From: Candidatus Woesearchaeota archaeon
GTDB taxonomy: Archaea > Nanobdellota > Nanobdellia > Woesearchaeales > JAGWAF01
Length of the DNA stretch: 35,811 nucleotides
Direction of reading: 5' to 3'
Assembly: GCA_018302085.1 (NCBI GenBank)
Contig: JAGWAF010000009.1
Coordinates: forward strand, 1-35,811
Part shown: piece by piece, positions 7,760-14,972 of the stretch
How positions within the stretch are numbered: the first letter of the stretch is position 1
How the letters are laid out: each line of letters begins with the position of its first letter
The notes under the pieces: model-generated
The model's input: only the letters and a program-made list of their open reading frames with translations
What the model was told of the DNA's origin: nothing
Databases searched by the model: none
Position numbers and translations under genes: made by a program

Positions 7760-10680
7760 ATTCCTGTGACATTCGCAACTGGTTTTTGTTCATAGATCAT
7801 CAAAGGCTCTTGGGATTCCCACGTGACTTTCCATACTTGAATTTTCTCTCCTAGGACGCTTGTTTTTTCACTCAGCAATTTAAAGTGTTGTGTTCCATGA
7901 CCATTATAAAAGAAAAGGCGACTAAAAAGGCTTTTCGCAAGAGGCCTTGCAGCCATTATCGCGTTAAATCTATTATTTGTGGGAATAGTCATCACAGATA
8001 ACTCTGTTTGAGGATCTTCTGCAACAATCTCATGAATCCCAGTACCATCCGCATAGACAAGGGAAGCTGCTTTGAGGATGCCCTGAGTTGCAGATACAAA
8101 TGCTTCACTTGAGGTTGTATTGACAATGGCACCGTTTCCGCAGAGTAAAAGTTCTCCGTTCAGGTTACAACCTGCAAGATTGGATGCGAAGCTTGGCCAA
8201 GGCGCGATGAAAGAATCTCCATCCTGGGTTTGAATCTGATTATAGAGTGCAGTAGCTTGCTGATCAGGATAGTTATATTTTTCTTTCAATAGTTGCACAC
8301 CATCTTGAAAATTTTTTCTTTTAACAGCATTAAATATTTCTGCCCTGTCAAAATCCCAGGATCCAAAGTGCGCCCAAACCCCTGCTTTTTGTGTCATATC
8401 CGAGGACATAATCAAATATTGAGGAAGGTACTCGCAATGCGTAAGGTTCATTATTTCTTCAACTTGTGTTTGGGTGAGACCACGTTCTTCAAGCAAGGCT
8501 TCTGCTTCTGCACGATCCTTATTGCTGAAATTGTAGAGGAGATGAACACTATCCACTTCTCCTTTTTTATTATACTCACTTAACTTTCGTGAGGCGAACT
8601 CTTGACCGCAATTTAACATTTTGAGAATGCTGACAACTTCTTCATCGTTGTCGGATAGGAGCAACTTTCCCACCCAATGAATTCTCTGACCCTGGTCACC
8701 ACCATCAAATGTTACTTTTCTCTCTCCAAGGGTTACAAACCAGTGGCCAAAATCCCACCAGGATGTAATGATCCCATCTGTGTCGTCATTTTTTATCACA
8801 TCAAGGCTTTCTTTCCAGGCATCGTTGATCAAGGGAACTTGCTGTCCTGCAGAAGCGATCGCAACTTTTACGGGATTGAGGAGCATCAGGCAAAACAAGA
8901 TCGCGACAATACTCCAGGTGTATGTCGTCTTAACACTAAAAGATTCTTTGAACCATGTCGCAAGAAGTTCTGCAATTCTTGAGGCACTTACTCCGAAGGC
9001 AATTCCAAAAATAGGTGCGAGTAACGCGATGAAACGAATACTTGTTGTACTTGCGTAAATCGTTCCTACAAACCAAATCAAAATAATTAAACTATAATGG
9101 AAAGGGCGCTCCTCCTTTACGTACAAAGATTTTAGCATGAACAGTCCCATGGGAACTCCCAACAGGATCAGGAAGGTGATTTTTTCAGGATTCCAGGAAA
9201 GAAGGAAGAGATACCATAACGCACTTCCGGCATACCACGGCCAATCTTTCTTGTACTCTTGTCCCTTGCTTACCGCAAAAATACATGCCATCATTCCCAA
9301 GAGAAAGAATACTTTACCACCGACGGTACCAATGATTTGGTCCATTGAGGTAGGGTTAAGTTCTGCAACAGTTGTTAACACGTTTGGCCAGATGGAAGTA
9401 ATTGCAACTTGCTTGAGTTGTACAAACCAACCTGTAAGAATGGGGGTTTGCAACATACGAATCGCTTCGTACATGAAACCTTCTTTTTTTATCAATACCC
9501 CATAAATAAGACCGTTAAGTATCGCGGCCCCAAAATAAAATAGGGCTAATGTGCACGTGGATTTCTTAACGATTGTCCACGAGATTTTTCTCTCTTTTCT
9601 GACTTGAATAGCAGCTTGATAGAGGATATAAGCTCCCAATGTTAATAGGACGAACAAAAAGATAAACCAGAATCCACTCCAGAAGACGTCGTACAGCACC
9701 GTCATCAAAGCAGCGAACAATGCCCAAAGCATACCTTTTTTCATCGTCGAGGCATCTAAAGCTTTGAGGGTGCCATATACAATCAACAGAGGGAATAAAG
9801 CGCTAAAAGGATCATTGTCAGAGAATCCACCCATTGTACGGTACAAGAGAGCGCCATGGGACGCGACAATGACTCCACTCAATATACCAGCGAAATCACC
9901 TGCGATTTGCTTTCCGATGAGATAAGCAGGAATCACGGCAAGTGCCATAATAATAATGGGCAAAATAAATGCAACAAACATTAAAGAAATATCTTTTTTG
10001 AAAAAACTCATAACTTGATACAACTTCGCTTCCGTGTATGAAATCGGATTAAAGCCTTCAGGAGGGCTAAATCTCCCCCCCCGTAAACCATGATAAACTA
10101 CTCCATCTTTTTCAATGGCTCCTGACCTTCCATACTTCAAATAATTTCTTGCCATCCCCATCCAAAGAAATGGATCAATTTCGAGAAGATAAGTTTGCCC
10201 ACTTTCATCTTGAAACTGGGATTTAAAATATTGAGACGTTGCCTGAATTTGCTGATCAATTTCAGTTTTTTTCTCGCTCAGCACCTGCTGAAAATCTCTT
10301 TCCACTAGCTCGTTACGTTGCGCGTCCGGCAAATTAGGGTATGATTGACTTATCTGAGAGGCTATTTGATTTCTAATATTGGTGTGCACAGCATTCGCTG
10401 CCCAGTCATCAGTTGCAGGAAGATATAATGGCATCGACCGCAAATAGATACTCAGAATGATCGGTATCAGAATGAGAAACCATGTTTTGTGTTGTACTAT
10501 CCATGTCCAAACTTTTTTCGCATCGAAGCTAATCTCTGTATCATTCTTGACTTGCTCCTGAGATTCCTTTACTTCTTTCTTTTCCCTTTTAAAAAAATTT
10601 TTTATTTTACCAAAATCAATTTGAATTTCTGGACTCTTTTCTGACTCAGGATTTTGTTGTGTTTCCACGGAACCACCCAT
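7756..10680 (-). CDS. aglB: archaeal oligosaccharyltransferase AglB (STT3 family), 974 aa
   Basis: The WWDYG-type motif WWDFGHW is encoded at 8740-8760 (minus strand). An EIDPFLW loop motif resembles STT3 EFDPYFNYR. The N-terminal half has more than 10 hydrophobic helices and the C-terminal domain is soluble. Confidence 0.9.
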   Translation of the reverse strand: MGGSVETQQNPESEKSPEIQIDFGKIKNFFKREKKEVKESQEQVKNDTEISFDAKKVWTWIVQHKTWFLILIPIILSIYLRSMPLYLPATDDWAANAVHTNIRNQIASQISQSYPNLPDAQRNELVERDFQQVLSEKKTEIDQQIQATSQYFKSQFQDESGQTYLLEIDPFLWMGMARNYLKYGRSGAIEKDGVVYHGLRGGRFSPPEGFNPISYTEAKLYQVMSFFKKDISLMFVAFILPIIIMALAVIPAYLIGKQIAGDFAGILSGVIVASHGALLYRTMGGFSDNDPFSALFPLLIVYGTLKALDASTMKKGMLWALFAALMTVLYDVFWSGFWFIFLFVLLTLGAYILYQAAIQVRKERKISWTIVKKSTCTLALFYFGAAILNGLIYGVLIKKEGFMYEAIRMLQTPILTGWFVQLKQVAITSIWPNVLTTVAELNPTSMDQIIGTVGGKVFFLLGMMACIFAVSKGQEYKKDWPWYAGSALWYLFLLSWNPEKITFLILLGVPMGLFMLKSLYVKEERPFHYSLIILIWFVGTIYASTTSIRFIALLAPIFGIAFGVSASRIAELLATWFKESFSVKTTYTWSIVAILFCLMLLNPVKVAIASAGQQVPLINDAWKESLDVIKNDDTDGIITSWWDFGHWFVTLGERKVTFDGGDQGQRIHWVGKLLLSDNDEEVVSILKMLNCGQEFASRKLSEYNKKGEVDSVHLLYNFSNKDRAEAEALLEERGLTQTQVEEIMNLTHCEYLPQYLIMSSDMTQKAGVWAHFGSWDFDRAEIFNAVKRKNFQDGVQLLKEKYNYPDQQATALYNQIQTQDGDSFIAPWPSFASNLAGCNLNGELLLCGNGAIVNTTSSEAFVSATQGILKAASLVYADGTGIHEIVAEDPQTELSVMTIPTNNRFNAIMAARPLAKSLFSRLFFYNGHGTQHFKLLSEKTSVLGEKIQVWKVTWESQEPLMIYEQKPVANVTGI

Positions 10681-10701
10681 GTACGCTAAAGTAGGCTTCG
10701 T

Positions 10702-10709
10702 CTTAAAAA
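10702..10709 (-). promoter_or_regulatory. TATA-like TTTTTAAG upstream of aglB
   Basis: Read on the minus strand, it ends 22 nt upstream of the aglB ATG (10680). It lies in the 47-nt gap after the reductase stop codon. Confidence 0.35.
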
Positions 10710-10727
10710 GCTTACTGTTTTTTTGTC

Positions 10728-11828
10728 TTAAAAAAGAAATCTTGCAAAAGATGCAAAGCGAGGTTCTGTGATTCCCAACTTCAGGAGGAATCGTGTGGGA
10801 TAATCGCGATCGAAGCTCTCCAGAATATTTTTTACTCTTTGCTGCTTCACTAAACTCAACATGTAATCATAGTCTTGATCTGAGAACTTATTCATCATTC
10901 TACGAATGAAGAGATGCAACCACAAATCTTTTCCCAACACTTTTTTCCATTCTGATTCGTATGACTTATTTTTTTCAATTGCATCCGCAAGTGCCTTTGC
11001 GGCCATGATTCCCTGAATGATGCCTCCCCCTGTTGTTGCCTTGACCTGAAGGGCGGCATCTCCCACAAGAAAAATATTTTCTTTTTCAGTTTTGAGCTTT
11101 GGATCATATAGGGGAATCAAGCCACCTTGGCATTCGCATACGGTTGGACTGTTTAATTTTTTCAAAAATGATTGAAAATACTGGTGTGGTTTTTCCAAGG
11201 TCGCAAGACCTGCTCGTGCCATGTGCTCATTTTCAGGAACAACCCAAGCAAAAAAGTTTGGGCAAACATTTCCCAAATATACTTCGTAGCATTGGGGGTC
11301 AAAGTTTCCTTTGATCGTTGCCTGTGCTCCATAATAGAATACCCTATCGCCAAAGATCCCGGCACTTTTCGCAACTTGGGAGTTGGGACCGTCAGCGCCA
11401 ATAAGTTGTGTTACCCCATAAGATTTTTTCTCATTTTTTTTGGTATGTTGAATATCAATTTTGATTTCCTTTTCTTTTTTTTCCAAATTTGTAAAGCGGC
11501 ATCCCATCAGAACTTCTGCTCCAGCATCTTGGGCCATGTGTGCAATACTTTGATCAAATGCTGTTCTGTCCAGAATGATGTCTGGTCGTCTTAACTTAAT
11601 TTCACAACTTTCCTTGGCCGTGTGAACTTTTACTCTTTCAATCGTGTTGACGATGGTTTCTTTTTTTGGCGTAAAGATTTCTTTGATTCCGTCAGTGACG
11701 ATGCCAGTGCATTGCACAGGTTTTCCTATATAGTGATGTTCTTCAAAAAGTTTTACGTCGTATCCTTTCTTTGCCAATTGATATGCTGCGAAAGACCCTG
11801 CAGGACCTGCCCCAATAACACCGATCAT
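10728..11828 (-). CDS. geranylgeranyl reductase family flavoprotein
   Basis: FAD motifs are present: VIGAGPAGSFAAYQLAKKGYDVKLFEE, LIGADGPNS and FLVGDAA. I prefer the ATG at 11828, preceded by GGGTGA, over the TTG at 11840 used in the ORF track. Confidence 0.85.
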   Translation of the reverse strand: MIGVIGAGPAGSFAAYQLAKKGYDVKLFEEHHYIGKPVQCTGIVTDGIKEIFTPKKETIVNTIERVKVHTAKESCEIKLRRPDIILDRTAFDQSIAHMAQDAGAEVLMGCRFTNLEKKEKEIKIDIQHTKKNEKKSYGVTQLIGADGPNSQVAKSAGIFGDRVFYYGAQATIKGNFDPQCYEVYLGNVCPNFFAWVVPENEHMARAGLATLEKPHQYFQSFLKKLNSPTVCECQGGLIPLYDPKLKTEKENIFLVGDAALQVKATTGGGIIQGIMAAKALADAIEKNKSYESEWKKVLGKDLWLHLFIRRMMNKFSDQDYDYMLSLVKQQRVKNILESFDRDYPTRFLLKLGITEPRFASFARFLF

Positions 11829-11993
11829 GGACTCACCCAATGAGAGGAAATCTTAAAGCTTTGTTTTTTTGTTATTTGAAGCTAATCTTTATATATAAAC
11901 TACTACTTAGCGGTGATATTATATTTAATTTACTGTGCAGTTGTAACATCAAAAAATCTTACACGTGCAGCATGTGCAAAATGGAGGGTTAGC

Positions 11994-13508
11994 ATGATCG
12001 CAATCAGAAAAACATTAACTGTTCTTTTCCTGGTAATTCTTAGTCTTCTTCCAACAGTGCCAATGGCATTAGCACAATCTTTTGATCATGCAAACTGCCA
12101 AGCTCGCGGTGATTTGAATGCTGATAATGTCGTTGATGTCGACGATACTTTCTTGATTGCAAGATACATACTCGGCATTACCTCCTTTGATAACGCCTGC
12201 GAAGCAGCAGCGGACGTGAATCGTGACACCCATGTAAGTTTTGCAGATCTTGTCGATACTTCCCTTTACGGTCCAGTTCACATTTCCAACAAATACGTCT
12301 GTAGCACCATACGTGGTGATATCGACGGGGATTGTGTTGTTGATTACCTTGACAGTCTTGCATACGCACGTGTTGACGCACAACTTGCAACTGTAAATGG
12401 AAATATTGCTCTGTGCGATGTCCATCCTCTCGTGGGTGGCGATGGTGTAATTAATATCTTAGACTCACTTGCCGTTGCTCGTATTTCACAAGGGCTTGTC
12501 AAAGAATTTCCTAGAACATGCACTGCGGTTACTCAATGTTCTGATCACCTTGATAATGATCATGACGGATTGGTTGATTTGCAAGATCCTGACTGTAAAA
12601 ATGCTCAGGATAAAACTGAAAGTGGAAGCCATGGTTTGCCTCAATGCAGTGACGGGGTAGATAATGATCATGATGGTCTTGTAGATCTTGCAGACTCTGA
12701 CTGTGGTGGCCCTAACGATCCTACTGAAGGAGGAAATCCTAATCCAACTCAGTGCAGTGATCTGATCGACAATGACAGTGATGGTTTGATCGATTTACAG
12801 GATCCAGGATGCTCTGACGCAAATGACAATAATGAGCAAAACTCTGCGCCACAATGCAATGATGGCGTTGATAATGATCATGACGGATTGGTTGATTTGC
12901 AAGATCCCGATTGTGGTAATGCTCAAGATCCTACGGAAGGTGGAAATCCTCCAGCTCCTGAATGTAGTGATGGTGTTGATAATGATCACGATGGAAACGT
13001 GGACATGCAAGATATTGATTGTGCAAATCCACAAGATCCCAGTGAAGAATCAAATGTACCCTATGTAACTCCAATGGATGCTGATGCTGAAAATGAAAAG
13101 GCAAAAATTTTCGTCAGCAATATCCGCTTCGATCCTGACAGCTTAATGGCAGGTAACCAATTGAGGGTATTACTTACTTTTGAAAATAAAGGTAGGGTAG
13201 ACTTGCATCATGTTCGTGTGAGCTTAACTATTCCAGAACTTGCAACAAAGAGCAGTGTTGGTCTCTTCGACCTTGATAAAAACGATGGGCTCACAAAGAG
13301 CATAGTGCTTCCTCTTGAACGCGATGTCATTCCAGGAGTATACGATGTCCGCATTGTCCTCAGCAGCGACGAGGAAGGCGCCAAAAGGGTTATTCACAGG
13401 CCTTTAACAATCACGGCTTTGCCTCTTCCTCCTCAGAAGGTCGTGTACCGTGTTTTGACGGTGTACTGTCCCGAGGGCTACAACAATTGTCAGATTGCAC
13501 AGGCTTAA
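11994..13508 (+). CDS. secreted protein: signal peptide, dockerin-like Ca-binding segments, 5 Cys-bracketed DNDxDG repeats, C-terminal beta (CARDB-like) domain
   Basis: The ATG at 11994 is preceded by GGAGG (11983-11987) and begins a signal peptide (MIAIRKTLTVLFLVILSLLPTVPMALAQ). Dockerin-like segments include GDLNADNVVDVDD..IARYILG and GDIDGDCVVDYLDSLAYAR. The repeats have the form QC(S/N)DGVDNDHDGLVDLQDPDC. Confidence 0.85.
   Translation: MIAIRKTLTVLFLVILSLLPTVPMALAQSFDHANCQARGDLNADNVVDVDDTFLIARYILGITSFDNACEAAADVNRDTHVSFADLVDTSLYGPVHISNKYVCSTIRGDIDGDCVVDYLDSLAYARVDAQLATVNGNIALCDVHPLVGGDGVINILDSLAVARISQGLVKEFPRTCTAVTQCSDHLDNDHDGLVDLQDPDCKNAQDKTESGSHGLPQCSDGVDNDHDGLVDLADSDCGGPNDPTEGGNPNPTQCSDLIDNDSDGLIDLQDPGCSDANDNNEQNSAPQCNDGVDNDHDGLVDLQDPDCGNAQDPTEGGNPPAPECSDGVDNDHDGNVDMQDIDCANPQDPSEESNVPYVTPMDADAENEKAKIFVSNIRFDPDSLMAGNQLRVLLTFENKGRVDLHHVRVSLTIPELATKSSVGLFDLDKNDGLTKSIVLPLERDVIPGVYDVRIVLSSDEEGAKRVIHRPLTITALPLPPQKVVYRVLTVYCPEGYNNCQIAQA
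12534..13067 (+). repeat. five tandem in-frame ~35-aa coding repeats (C-x-D-x-x-D-N-D-x-D-G-x-x-D-x-x-D-x-x-C)
   Basis: Units start at about 12534, 12645, 12753, 12852 and 12960. Units 1 and 4 share an identical 38-nt stretch (12552-12589 equals 12870-12907). Confidence 0.9.
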
Positions 13509-13573
13509 AGTTGTCCAATATAATTGTCCCATATTGGGGGTAACATCGCGTTACTACGGGACTCGAGCAAACC

Positions 13574-13585
13574 TTTAAATATAAG
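13574..13585 (+). promoter_or_regulatory. archaeal TATA box TTTAAATATAAG
   Basis: It lies 47 nt upstream of the ATG at 13632. The same 12-mer recurs at 28131 and 31904. A GGGGGT SD-like element sits at 13619-13624. Confidence 0.5.
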
Positions 13586-13631
13586 TTACGATTACACAAT
13601 AGTGACAAAAAACAAACTTGGGGGTATAAGT

Positions 13632-14927
13632 ATGAAACGACATTTGATTGCAACACTCTTGCTCTTCGCAGCACTTCTTTGTGCACCAGTTTTGGCACAA
13701 AGTTTACCTATTACTATTAATAACGTCCAAGTTGATGACGTTGAAGTTATTGCCAACCAGGCCAACAGCCTCGATATCGAACGAGGACAAACCGTTGAGG
13801 TTGAAGTGCGCTTTAGCCCAACAGCAGACATTGATGATCTCCAATTGCAAGGTTCTATCTACGGCTTTGAATACAACGACTTTTTGCCTATGACGGATAC
13901 CCTCGCACCTTTCGATGCAGACGCTAACGTTACTTATGTGAAAAAATTACACATCAAAATTTCTGATGAAGTAGAAGAAGACAGGTACAACTTAAGACTT
14001 ATCTTCGCTGATCGCAACAGTGATCTATTAATCAGCAATTATCCATTAAAATTAGATGTTCCTCGTGACAGTCTCCAAGTTGAAGACATCGTTACTTTCC
14101 CTTCACAAACGGTACAAGCAGGAAGAGCATTGCTCGTAACTGTACGTCTTGAAAACAAAGGAGAAAAAGATCAAGATGATGTACGCGTTGAAACAGGCAT
14201 TTCACAATTAGGAGTTAGCAACGTTGACTTTATTGATGAAATTGAATCAGAAGAGGAAGAAGAAACAGAAGAAATTCTTCTTCAAATTCCAGCGTGCGCA
14301 GAATCCGGAAAATACGAACTCCAGGTTAAAGTCTACTACGATGAAGGTTATGAAACAGTAACAGAATCCGTACCTGTCAATGTTGTTGGAGGAGAAAGCT
14401 GCCCAACCAACCGTGGAAATCAAAGATCAGGACAGCCCTCTGATAAAGAGAATGAGCCGCAAACGATGATCATTGTGGGTTCACAACTTGAAACTTTGAA
14501 ACAAGGCGGAGAAGGAGTTATTTATCCTATCACCCTTACCAATAATGGAAGATCGAGTGCAACGTACACACTTATGGTGCAAGGCGTTACCTTCGGAGAA
14601 GTCCGAGTAAGCCCAACCAGTACCATCGTACTTGAGTCGGGCGCAAGTCAAACCTTGTATGTGTTTATCAAAGCTAACAAGGACGCATCCTTGGGGCCTA
14701 ATGTGTTCACTGCAAGTGTCGTGTCCGCAGGAACAACTCTGAACCAAGTGTCCCTCACAGCAAATGTTGTTGAAGGGGATGCAAGTTCGTTGCAAACCGT
14801 TCTTGAGGTTGGCTTAATTGTACTTGTCATCGTCCTTATTTTAGTTGCTCTCGTCGTTGCTTTCCGCAAAGGAAAAGGCGATGAGGAAGACCAAGACGAC
14901 GTCGCAACAACTGAAACCTATTACTAG
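13632..14927 (+). CDS. secreted beta-rich surface protein with C-terminal TM anchor (candidate S-layer/surface-array protein)
   Basis: The ATG at 13632 begins a signal peptide (MKRHLIATLLLFAALLCAPVLAQS). CARDB-like segments are present (LVTVRLENKGEKDQDDVRV). The C-terminus has a TM helix (VGLIVLVIVLILVALVVAF) and an acidic tail. The promoter box is strong. Confidence 0.85.
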   Translation: MKRHLIATLLLFAALLCAPVLAQSLPITINNVQVDDVEVIANQANSLDIERGQTVEVEVRFSPTADIDDLQLQGSIYGFEYNDFLPMTDTLAPFDADANVTYVKKLHIKISDEVEEDRYNLRLIFADRNSDLLISNYPLKLDVPRDSLQVEDIVTFPSQTVQAGRALLVTVRLENKGEKDQDDVRVETGISQLGVSNVDFIDEIESEEEEETEEILLQIPACAESGKYELQVKVYYDEGYETVTESVPVNVVGGESCPTNRGNQRSGQPSDKENEPQTMIIVGSQLETLKQGGEGVIYPITLTNNGRSSATYTLMVQGVTFGEVRVSPTSTIVLESGASQTLYVFIKANKDASLGPNVFTASVVSAGTTLNQVSLTANVVEGDASSLQTVLEVGLIVLVIVLILVALVVAFRKGKGDEEDQDDVATTETYY

Positions 14928-14936
14928 GTTTCTTAA

Positions 14937-14946
14937 TTTTATTTTT
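14937..14946 (+). terminator. oligo-T tract downstream of the surface protein gene
   Basis: TTTT-A-TTTTT lies 10-19 nt after the stop codon. Archaeal termination typically uses oligo-T tracts. Confidence 0.35.
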
Positions 14947-14972
14947 AGCGTGGGAGGCCGGAAGCGGGAACT

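Noticed and set aside
11913-11993. Upstream extension of the dockerin-like protein ORF (non-ATG start at 11913)
   Set aside because: The ATG at 11994 is preceded by GGAGG and starts a textbook signal peptide. The upstream 27 codons overlap the promoter region and look non-coding.
12534-13067. Regularly spaced ~105-nt repeats considered as a possible CRISPR-like array
   Set aside because: The repeats are in frame within one long ORF and encode a conserved peptide motif. The 'spacers' are Pro/Gly/Asn linkers. No cas genes are present.
13524-13631. Upstream extension of the candidate S-layer ORF
   Set aside because: The extension contains the TATA box itself (13574-13585). The ATG at 13632 starts the signal peptide.
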